Assembly: GCA_010093705.1 (NCBI GenBank)
Contig: MU006098.1
Location: 479,981 to 543,980, forward strand
From: Patellaria atrata CBS 101060
Lineage: Eukaryota
DNA: 64,000 nt
Direction: 5' to 3'
The stretch's first letter is position 1. Every line of letters starts with the position of its first letter. A model generated the notes under the pieces. That model ran no database searches. It saw only the letters and a list, made by a program, of their open reading frames with translations, and was not told where the DNA came from. A program made the translations under genes and the position numbers. This document shows, piece after piece, positions 12,881 to 23,060 of the stretch.

Positions 12881-13444
12881 TGGCGGAAGGTGTCTATAGC
12901 GTAACGAGTGCATCGATGTACAGTACAGGTGTCGTTGAAGGTGCATTTGGGTAGGGCATAGCAGGTGGTATTTTGTACGGGACAGTGGAGGGTGTACGAA
13001 TCAATGACTTCAGCATTTCCGCGGAGCATACATACCTCAGTTAGTCACACTTTTACCATGTTAGTTATACGTCATATCTTAGTAGAAGTAGATTACCCTA
13101 TCTCGCAATATATGATGCCATATGACCTAAATAACATTCCCACTTCAGCCCCTTAAGTCCGGTACCGTACCGAGATGTTCTCTGCCGAGTTAGAACTAAT
13201 TAAGGTACCGCACCGAACCGAGACTTTCCGATCCAATTTTGACCGCATGCTCGCACCCTATTCCGTGGAATGACAAAACCGCGCTCGAAATCAGACCCAG
13301 CCCAGCCATCCCACGCATTCAATATATTAGCAAAAGAAATCCGACTTATGAAAGAGGAAAGAGCTCAACCTAATCCCAAACCCAATTCCCACATCCCGAC
13401 TCAGAAAATGCCCATGTCAAGATAGAGGCTAATGATATCTCCAC

Positions 13445-16159
13445 TCAGTCAGACAAGAGGATATACCCAGCATCGTCGTCCTCGCCCTTGACTTCGACCG
13501 CTCTCCTTTTCCCTTTCCCCTTGCTCGTCAAATTTAATCCCTTTCTAGGTTTATTCCCGCCCAATTCTCTCAACTCCGACTGATCGGGGACGTCATCGTT
13601 TCCATCGAGCATAGTCCATTTCGAGCTCTCTGCATCGTCGTCTAGTGCCGTGGGAGGGACCCAGGCGCCTGGGTTAAGGTCGAGGAAGGTCTGGAGCTTT
13701 GAAGTGGATGATGTGGATACCGGGTCGATCTGGGGAAGATTTTGCGAGTTTGAAGCTGGGGCTGTGTGTATGGCGTCTAAGTAACTGGTCTTCCCCTTGT
13801 GTGCAGCATCGCTGGGTCCTGTATTCGCAGTTGCTCTACTTGACTCGGCGTCCCTAGTATTCGCAGTCCCACATTTAGTGCTATTCTTCAAAGTAGGATT
13901 ATAGGCGACTCCGGAGTTCTGAACGGGAGGTTTGGGATTTGTAGACGAAGGGTTAGTAGCGTTGCTGGATGAAAAAAGGGAATATGCGGCATGGAGATGA
14001 GGTGGTGATCTTGAAGGGCCGGCGATGGAATTGACTTGTTGGAACGGATATTGCGCTTGTACCTGTGCCTGGGCCTGTGCTTGCGCCTGTAACTGTGCCA
14101 GTGCCTGCGCCTGCGACTGTATCCGTGCATGTGCCTGGGCCCGTGCCTGGGCCTGTGCCTGCTGCCCCTGTGCCCTCAACATCAGTTGTTGCTGTATCTG
14201 CGCTTGCATTTGATGTCGTTGTAGTTGTTGTTGCTCAATCTGAAGCTGCGTAGTCGAGGGTAGAGGCGGTGGTGGTGGGCAATTGGGAGGCATAGGCGCC
14301 GGTGAATGCCTAAACTGGCCTGCTTGTAGCATCTCCATGCGGCGGCGGCGGCGGCGGTGCTCCTCCCGACTCGAATGGTGGAAATAGAGGTATCCAGGAG
14401 GATTCATTGCTCTAGGAGATGTTGGACTCTGTTCAGAGGTCGATCCGGGGAGACAAGCTGGCGTTTCGGGATTTGAATTGTCAGTCGAATTAGCTGTGTC
14501 ATCAGTTGCCGCATTCTCCAAAGGATATTCAACCGTGAGGTCAACATGCTCAACACCTGGAGAGCGTAAACTTTGCCTCGACTCCTCACGAGACGGTCCA
14601 GGGGTCACAGTTGATGCCTCATCATCATCCTCTAGAATAATTACCGGCACACCAGCCGGGACGGTCTGTTTATCAAGTGGAGCTGGATCACCATCCAGCA
14701 TCTTGGAGAGAGCATTGGTGAGTATATTTTTCTTGGCTTCTTCTCCCTCCAGATACAGTTGCCATGTATCAACCATTTCCTTCCGAACATCATAAAAACC
14801 TTGTAGATCGTCCTGCTCACGCGCTACTCTTGCCCTATGTAGCCAGTCATCCCTACCCCCCTTGCTTAGGCCAGTAAGGCTCCCAGTTAGTTCCTTATAG
14901 AACTTCTTCATCTCCATGAACATGCGATACATAGGCGACCGAGCTGGCGTGGGAGTATTACTCTGTAGGCACTTCTCCCAATCTTGTTGATAATTCTGCC
15001 ATGTAATATCCTCGATGGCTGTCGAAGGAATATAGGGAACCACACAGCGAGGCATGTAATTTGTGCCATAATTAATACGAGGCGCAAAAACTGTAGTTTT
15101 TGATTGGTACCTGGCTGGGGAACTGATCGAAACGCGACCGATGTCTCTCAAACAAGGGTGTCCAACCTGTCTGAGTTTTAGAAACGGTTCAAGAAGTATT
15201 TTAGCGTTAGTGATAAGTTGTTGCTGTTCCCAGTTGAATCCAGTATCAATATCCAACTTAACGTTAAGTCTGTTCAGGCCACGGGATCTCTTCAGATAGT
15301 GGATGACTGGATCTAAACTATCACGGATATCGTATACTTCAACCTCTTCGTCCCATAGCCAGGCTGGTCTGAATTGCGGCCCTGAGACCAGTGGACGGTG
15401 ATTCGGGTCCATGTTGCTTTCCAAAACGATGTTGATATTGTAATTCTTGACGCTATTGAAATCGAAATTTCGAATGAATATATCATTCTTGGGTTTCATG
15501 GGGAGGGAGTTGTTCCTCAATCGGTGAATATCAACCGGGAGTGGTTCATAGATCGCTCTTCCACACATGAAGATACCATGCGTGCGGACATCAATTACGA
15601 AGGTAGTTGTGCTGTAAAGCAGATCCTTCGCTTCAAGGTACACTTGACGATTGACGTGGAGCAAATTTCTATAGTCAGGGGATACAGTAGAGTATCCTAT
15701 AGAATGAATAGGTAGTTCCGGGAGGAAATAACGGTATACTTCGAACCGAATCTCGATGGGGAGTTTCAGGAGATAGCACGGATTGTCCGGATGGGAGATG
15801 TGGTCCGGACATAACTGAAAGTATGGCAGTGGAATACGTTGCATGAGGCGGTTGCAAGTTTTGTTGTCAGTCATCAGGAATCCACATCTGCTGGAGGGTA
15901 TTTTATTTCGTTGATGAGCTCGGCACATTGGTAAGAATACGTCTGGATTCCACTGTTTCATGGCCATGCTCAGACAACGCTTGGTTGTCCTCTTGATCGT
16001 ACCGTTACATTGAGTCTCTGAAGGGCGTTCGATGATATTCTGTAAGGGTCCCGGAAACTGAGAAAATGAGCTCATTCCATCAAACACATTTCTTGGAGGC
16101 GGAGGGGCTGGGGGAAGCCTGAAGGTCGAAGAACCGCTGTAGGTCGGTGCTACGCTCAT
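13445..16159 (-). CDS. F-box-like protein with two N-terminal C-C-CxxH motifs and a Gln/Ala-rich disordered C-terminus
   Basis: First ATG at 16159 (MSVAPT); the ORF-track start is TTG, inside a probable 5'UTR intron. F-box-like LLKLPIEIRFEVYRYFL, LLHVNRQVYLEA, and a QA repeat. Confidence 0.75.
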   Translation of the reverse strand: MSVAPTYSGSSTFRLPPAPPPPRNVFDGMSSFSQFPGPLQNIIERPSETQCNGTIKRTTKRCLSMAMKQWNPDVFLPMCRAHQRNKIPSSRCGFLMTDNKTCNRLMQRIPLPYFQLCPDHISHPDNPCYLLKLPIEIRFEVYRYFLPELPIHSIGYSTVSPDYRNLLHVNRQVYLEAKDLLYSTTTFVIDVRTHGIFMCGRAIYEPLPVDIHRLRNNSLPMKPKNDIFIRNFDFNSVKNYNINIVLESNMDPNHRPLVSGPQFRPAWLWDEEVEVYDIRDSLDPVIHYLKRSRGLNRLNVKLDIDTGFNWEQQQLITNAKILLEPFLKLRQVGHPCLRDIGRVSISSPARYQSKTTVFAPRINYGTNYMPRCVVPYIPSTAIEDITWQNYQQDWEKCLQSNTPTPARSPMYRMFMEMKKFYKELTGSLTGLSKGGRDDWLHRARVAREQDDLQGFYDVRKEMVDTWQLYLEGEEAKKNILTNALSKMLDGDPAPLDKQTVPAGVPVIILEDDDEASTVTPGPSREESRQSLRSPGVEHVDLTVEYPLENAATDDTANSTDNSNPETPACLPGSTSEQSPTSPRAMNPPGYLYFHHSSREEHRRRRRRMEMLQAGQFRHSPAPMPPNCPPPPPLPSTTQLQIEQQQLQRHQMQAQIQQQLMLRAQGQQAQAQARAQAHARIQSQAQALAQLQAQAQAQAQVQAQYPFQQVNSIAGPSRSPPHLHAAYSLFSSSNATNPSSTNPKPPVQNSGVAYNPTLKNSTKCGTANTRDAESSRATANTGPSDAAHKGKTSYLDAIHTAPASNSQNLPQIDPVSTSSTSKLQTFLDLNPGAWVPPTALDDDAESSKWTMLDGNDDVPDQSELRELGGNKPRKGLNLTSKGKGKRRAVEVKGEDDDAGYILLSD

Positions 16160-17283
16160 AGTGCTATAAGATGGACTGACGTTGGAGTTGAACTCCAAAT
16201 GATCTCCAGCTTACTTGATGAAGCAATAATCGTAGGACTGTCCAGATGAGCTCCCTTAGTTGTGACGTTGATTTCGGGTAGGACTAACGACAGATGTGAC
16301 TAGTTCTAAGGCAGCAGTCCTCGTTTGCGTCTAATCACGATAGACCGATGTCATCCGGAAGATAGAGAAAACACGCTACAAAGGGTGTCACAACTTGTTT
16401 TGATTCCTGGCTTTTCGAGGTGGAAACAACTGAGCTTTTGACGCCCGACGAGAAGGCTGCAAGGCTGTGGCGGCCGGTCAAAGAGGTCGCCCCATCACGT
16501 GTAGTGCTAACCGGTGAAAAAAGCTTCGTTGGGGTTTACCGTAACGTTGATTTATTATCTGTGGTACAGTACGTTGTCCTACCACTGACCGTTTTGGCCG
16601 TTTATATACCCCGTACAGGCTGCAATCAATCTCAAGCTATTCAACGCTTGCACTTGAGAGGAAGGCCGTCTGAAGGAATACACAGATGAGGGGATCGAGG
16701 TAGAGGAGACATTTAACGCATCCCCCTCATCATTTATAGACGTAAACCTTCGCAGTGAGACATCTAAATGCCTCATCGAGAGCTGCACGATGCGGTAGTA
16801 AGGGTAAATTGAGGATTATGAGTGCATTTACGGTAATGTTAGATATGACGTTCAGATAGTGCCTTAGTACAGCTTAGGCATCTTCCTAGTGAGATAGAAA
16901 GTAGCCCCACTAATCTCATTCCAGCTAGCAACGTACGATATCCGTCTAAACCAAATCTAGTCTTCCATATCCTTGCCCTCCACCATATGCCTATATTTAG
17001 TTTTCTCCGCAATATATGCCATATTTACGCCTTTTATATACCTAAAAGAGAGTTGTAAAATCTCATTCGTGCGTAGTGTAAGTCTGAAGGCGTTTTGAGA
17101 TCACAGTAAAAGACAATACACCAGGGATGAGAGGAAACAGAAAAAAGATATCAAACGCAATTCAATAGAGCACAATTAACTCTCACAAAACAGACCGGGA
17201 GTTCAAGCATATTCGGTGTGATTTAAACTATCTACTGCTAGTACTCATTAGGTGTACTACGATCCAAAAACCATGTACTCCGC

Positions 17284-18953
17284 CTAAGTGGATTTCCGGC
17301 TCACAAAGCCACTCATCTTGCGCACGAAGGCGCGTCCAACCGAAGCCTTCCTCGGCTTCTCCATCGACCCCACCGTAACCCTACGACCCCCTTTGGGGAA
17401 TGCCGCCGCATGGTACGCCACAGGGGCGTCGTACTCTTCCTCCTCGTCATCCGAGGGGGGGGCGGGCAGAGGCTTGTCGAGCGCATTATACAGCGCTTTC
17501 CGGCTCATTTCGAACGTACCCGTGGCTGTGGGAGGGGTCATGTGGTAGATCGGGTGAGGATCTGGTACGGGATCCTCACACGATTCGCGGGCCGACTTCG
17601 CCTTGAAGTAGTAGCTTTGGATTACTACCGGGCTATCCGGTTCGGCGGAACCGAAAACTGGTACAATAGAGCGGCCCGAGAGAGTCGGGACTGTGGGAGC
17701 GGTCTGCAAGCGCTGTACTGGCTTGCGGATGAGGATTGGACTGTCCGAAACGTCCGAGGACACACTGATACGGCCCTCACTAGGACCCGACGGTGGTGAA
17801 TGGCTTTTTGACCGTTGATGCTCCTGAACGCGGAGCGGGACGTTTGAGCTTCCGCCCTCTAGGGTGGTTGGCGGTACGGGTACACCCATACGACGGCAGA
17901 GGCCCTTTTCGAACGTTCGACCAAGGCGGGATGCTCCCGGTGAGACCCACCAGTTCTCTGACAATTCGACATGTTGGCGAAGGTGATGTTTTGCGCTTGA
18001 GAGACCTGGGCTGTGTAGTCCCTCATCCATGAGCTGCTGTACAAGCTTGATATCTTCTTCATCTTCGGACTGCTCAGGAACACTACTTGGAGCCATGTGC
18101 AATGCCATCTTCGCTTCATTCGCTGACATGCGCTCTTCTTCTTCAATCTCGGCCTTTACAGCTGCTCCATGCTTGTGCCAGATCTCAGCGACCAAGGATG
18201 CTGGTGGTAAATGGTTGATGTCAGGTAATCCTCGACAATCTGGGTACAGGGCACCAGTGAGTGTATGTTGTTTCTCTTTGAGAGCGATATCGAGTGCAAG
18301 AACAAGTCCTGGCTCCATCATGTTCCTCCAGGAGACTCGAATCATGGTGACGAGATCATCAACAGTCATGTCCTCGTATTCTTTCATGAAGTTTTGCTCT
18401 GAACTAGTGATAGCAGCAGTCTTCTCCAGGAAACCATTCTTCAAGCGCAATTGAAGATCCCTGTACATTTCACGAAGTTTGACGCACACGACGATGTAGA
18501 GATCCTGAAATTCTGCCAAGCTGATCTGTTGTAGAGGAATGCGTTCAGTAAGACCCCTCTTTGCTGGGGATGCAGAGCGGCTTGATCGAGGCGAAAGCTT
18601 GGACGGTGTCTGGTTTCTCAAGGAATTTGGACGTGAATTGGTTGGGGTGGAGAGACGGCGTTCGGTAAGGCGGCTGATAAACCACTTGAATGTTTCGGTA
18701 TCATCAGACTAAAGGATGTCGGTTAGCATCTGGTTAGGACTCTAGAAAATTATTCGCTCACTTTATGCTTCCAGAAAGATGGAAGCTTTTCATATTCAAG
18801 AATATTCATAGCAGTTTCTTGGATGACCTTCTTGGCGGCAGTTGCTGCGTATGGTCTCTCGTGGGATTTATAGCAATTCGCAGGTGACATTGAGAGATCG
18901 AGGTCGGGAATTCTCTCTTTGAGGGGAAAGGTTGGGAGTTGTTGTGGAGCCAT
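17284..18953 (-). CDS. Hypothetical protein, 2 exons
   Basis: Exon 1 is 18953-18762. Intron 18761-18709 (GTGAGC...CTAAC...TAG). Exon 2, 18708-17284, is in frame with the 445-aa ORF. No recognisable domain. Confidence 0.75.
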
Positions 18954-19433
18954 GTTCAGTCGCACTCAAGATCCTTTGTATCGAATGAGGATGTGATGAG
19001 CGTCCGTACTTGAACGAGGTAAACAAAAGTCGTTTGAAGCAAAAGATGCAATAAATCGAAAAGAAGAGGTTATGTTAAGCGTGAAAAAGAAAACCGGAAT
19101 GTTGATTAGAGAACGTCGTTAAGTTCTTGATAGTCGTTAACTCCTTGACGTCGAAGGCTTCAGCGTAACCAAATGCTTAGGAGTAGTCGAATGCTTGGAG
19201 GAATTCAAAATTCTTGGATCGAATGAAAAAGGAGTCGGCACTCGCAGTTGGACAACTTCACTAGAGGTTTGCACGATCGAAGCCGAAGATTCTAATCAAG
19301 TGCGAAGAAGATGTTGTGTTGAGAGAAGAAAGCAAGAAGCTGGTGGTGGTGATAGAAGAAGAATACGTCAAGCACTGAGCGAAAGTCGCGAGATACTCAA
19401 TTGCAAGTCGATAGACGAGCGCACGGAGTCAAT

Positions 19434-19625
19434 TTTGTTCTGAAATGGCAAGGTGGTCTTCCCTGGGAGATGTTTTTGTTCTAAACAGGTAATGTATTTT
19501 TTATCCAGGGCTTAGCAGACACGCACGTGGGCATTTTTGTTCTAGAACGGCAAGTTGTTTTCTGGTTTAAAGCCGGTAGATGGTCGGCAGGGAAGCGCGG
19601 GGTCAGATTTGTTTTGAACAGGTAA
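19434..19625. promoter_or_regulatory. Cluster of four fixed-spacing TTTGTT-N7-GGYAA motifs
   Basis: Copies at 19434-19451, 19475-19492, 19536-19553 and 19608-19625, all in the same orientation, about 480-670 bp upstream of the ATG at 18953. Confidence 0.55.
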
Positions 19626-19986
19626 TGTGTTTTTGAGGGGGCTGGGGGAAGTGGTGAATACATGATGGTGAAGGTGAGTTTGGTGAAGACTTCGACGCTC
19701 ATACGCGTGGAGGCACGCGACGGTACGGGTCTCTGGAGCACTCGACTTGTGTAGTTTCCATGTACTTAAATAGACTCAATCTCTATTATTTTATTAGAGG
19801 AGGTAGGCAATCCAAATTCTTTCTCTTCATTTGTTATAGGATCGGTGATGTCATCGAGGTTGCTATAAGTTGCAACGGAATCCCGTTGGCCACTATAGCT
19901 TTTAACCCAACCCGCACATCGTCACGATCACTGGTCTTCGAAGGTCTACCAACCACGTTACAATTATCCGGCCGGTCGGTTTGACT

Positions 19987-21013
19987 TCATTCTTCAGAAA
20001 GATAGTCAGGATCCACCTCTATCGGGCCCGGGTTTCCAATGGAATCTCTGGATCTTGTAAGCACCAATTTCTTGATATGCCAAGACTCCTCATTCTTTTC
20101 CCGGAGAACCTTGGGATCAATTCCATAGCAGTCGCAAAAAGATAAATGCTAAAGCATTGTGAGTAAACAAAGTCATAGAGCTTTGGAGATGACTGACCTC
20201 CAGCTGTCCCATAGCCGATATTGCTTCTTCCAGATCCTTTTCTCCCTCGATGCTTGGACAATCCTCGATAGCGAGTTCCTTCAGATTCCGACGACCAGGC
20301 CAGCGCTGAAGATAATTGAATAAAGCATTATCGATTTGAGGACACCTTTGAATCGCCAGTTGAGTTATAAGCGTATTCGCTTCAAGGATAGTCTTCAATT
20401 GAACAGCATTTAGATCACATCCATCCAGCTCCAATAACACCAAGCAACCCCAGGCCCCTTCCACACCATCCCAAGCCTTATCTTTTACTCGCCTGAGGGA
20501 AGGGGAAAGTCTTCGTTTGCCAACCCCGTACGGAAAATCGATGCGAAGTACTAAAGACCTCAGACCTCTGAGGCCAGCCAAAGCTTTAGCGATGTTCGTG
20601 TCAAACGCCCATATGCGCATCTCCAGATGTCGTAGGCCGACGGCGTATCTCTGGAGTACATTTGTCGCAAGACCGATCTGGAACAAGTCTATAATCTTTG
20701 GATTATACTCGTTCGCGCTTGGAACAATCACGGATATAGCATACGGAGATGCTTCATGTATGGATGAAGGTAACCTCTTAGTCGAACTCGACTGCCATAA
20801 TCTCGACGTACTGTTTTCCAGCCTGCCAATGAGGCTAGCGCTTCTGGAAGTGTAGATACCCAAGGACAAAGTGTGGAGGCTTCGAGACGCAAGGGAATGA
20901 GTATATCGACTTGTTGTTGAAAAGGGTAGTAGTGAGCTAATGGGTAGGTAGGAAAGGGTGTGAAGAAGTATTTCTGGAGGTAACTCGAGCAATGAAACTC
21001 GTTTAGGATCCAT
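19987..21013 (-). CDS. F-box protein with LRR-like (RNI-like) region, 2 exons
   Basis: F-box LLELPPEILLHTLSYLPISSLLPFSTTSR. Intron 20197-20149. Last exon reads HLSFCDCYGID...PIEVDPDYLSEE*. Confidence 0.85.
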
Positions 21014-22436
21014 TAAATGGGTTCCAGGGAGGTTAAAGAGATATTAATGTGGGAAATATTTGTTCAAAATATCCTTTCAGCCGTTAAGAGGGTTATCGTC
21101 GAGGTGATGTATCGGGAAGGAGAAGGGGACGTCTCCGCAATCGTTGTTCAAGGCGTGCGCTGGCACTCCAACTTATGAAAGGCTAAAGGTATCACAGATG
21201 AAGAATTGTTTAACAAATGAGTGCGAAGTGTAACCAACGAAATGCTTCCAGGTAGCCTCAAGGCACTATCACACTACTTATACCCCGTGGGCCTCAAACG
21301 ATCGGTTGGGGCAGACGAACGTGCCCTGACTTCAACAGCAGACATTATCAGCCACATCTCCAATCTGGTACAAACGTCACTGATGATATCGAGGGCCATC
21401 AGGGTAAAGAGTGAAGTGACTAAAAGAATAGTTTAGAGACGGCGTTTGTTCGCCTTGTGACGGTAGTGGTGCTGGGTCTGGCGGGTGAGGTTGAGGTTCC
21501 AATAAAGGTGAGACTAGGGCTTGGACACGGACCTGGTCTGGAACCAGCGTGACGCCATGCTCAAGCGATCATCAGACCCTTGAAGAGACGTCAAACTGGA
21601 CATCAGAGCTACAACAGCTGGAGGATGATCCCAGATTGGCATAATATTGTAGTCAAAAGAAAGGGAAAAAAAAATACTTCAATCATCGCAGAACTCTAAG
21701 AGAATTATATCAATAGCCGCTCAGATCAGACTAGTGTTTAAGACTCTGTAATACCTTAATAAGTACTTTCTCACTGTTCCTTTGTTATCTTCTCTTCAGA
21801 AATCCAGGTCAATCTAAGAAAGAGGAACCGCTAGAGGACTACGTTGCGCTATTGAGCGAATCTGATACCATATAAACTCATCGGCTGACCTTTCTCCAAA
21901 AAACCTCTTGGTGTTCTACTCCCGTCACACTATCCTTGTATGCTTTTCTGTCAATTCCAGGGTCCCAAACCCGGCTCTCCAGAATCTCTCCTTTTCAGGT
22001 TCTCTCCTATTCCTGAAGATCATTCGGATATGCAGTGTCCAAAGTTTGGGGCGCAGCAGTACCTTATGCCCATCGAGAGACCGCCTAACCACAATAACCT
22101 TGGTGTTCAACATCATGGCGTAATACAGACAGGAACATACGTCAAGTTGATATCTATCTCCAAGCTGGAGAGCCACATCAACAATATACGTTATACACCC
22201 ACTACTGAAGCGGACGGTGGGTACTGTTTTCTGCCGGGATAGTCCATAGATTTCTATGTTGAGCACAAATAGCATTACTTGTTTACTCCCGCCTCGCTAG
22301 GAATGGAATAGTTCATAGGTTTCCCGCACATTTTCACAGAAACCGAGCTTATTGTTTCCACCATCATAGCTCCTATTCAGGTATCTCTCGCAAACCTCCC
22401 CTCTCAACCACACACAAGAACTCAACCGCACAACAC

Positions 22437-23060
22437 TTACTCCATCGGCCTCTCACACCTCACCCCCTCCGCTACACTCCTAAAATCCACACAACTAGCA
22501 TAAGTCTGCCGAACCTGCGTTCCAAACCACCACCACTGTACAACACACTGTCCCTCAAACGCACACCTACACGCCGTATCCGGCACCGTGACCTCAAACT
22601 CCTCATTATCCTTCGGCAAGCTGCCCACCTTCCCAGCCGCATAAACATCCCAACTCTTCAGCACCGCGATGGCCTCATTCGTCTTCGTGTCCACCACGCT
22701 CACGTTCGCGATCCCGGCGTGCGGGATCCGGATCCAGACTTTCATCGGCAGCACCGTGCCGGGAGTGTAGAGGGGTACGGTGGGCTCGCCGTCCGCCAAA
22801 GTCACCGTGGGCGCGTATTGGAGCCCTTTGCAGAGGGCGAGGTTACATGCGGAGGCGTTGTAGCCGCTGCCGGGTTGCGCGGCGAGAGGGGTTAGTTGCT
22901 CGACGTACGAGGTGTTGTCTTTGGTTATGGCGGTTGTGATGGCGCGACCGCAGGCGTCGAGGGAGGCGTCTGTGACGGTTCGCGGGGCCGGGGAGAGGAT
23001 GAGGCCGTGAGAGGCGATGAGTGCGGGGAGGAGGAGGGGGAGGAGCGAAAGGGCGTGCAT
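22437..23060 (-). CDS. AA16-family lytic polysaccharide monooxygenase-like copper protein
   Basis: Signal peptide followed by His1 (S|HGLILSPAPR), then ACG, CNLALCKG, RIPHAG (second His), ANVSVVDT and CVVQWWW...QTYASCVDF, the AA16 signature pattern. Confidence 0.88.
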   Translation of the reverse strand: MHALSLLPLLLPALIASHGLILSPAPRTVTDASLDACGRAITTAITKDNTSYVEQLTPLAAQPGSGYNASACNLALCKGLQYAPTVTLADGEPTVPLYTPGTVLPMKVWIRIPHAGIANVSVVDTKTNEAIAVLKSWDVYAAGKVGSLPKDNEEFEVTVPDTACRCAFEGQCVVQWWWFGTQVRQTYASCVDFRSVAEGVRCERPME

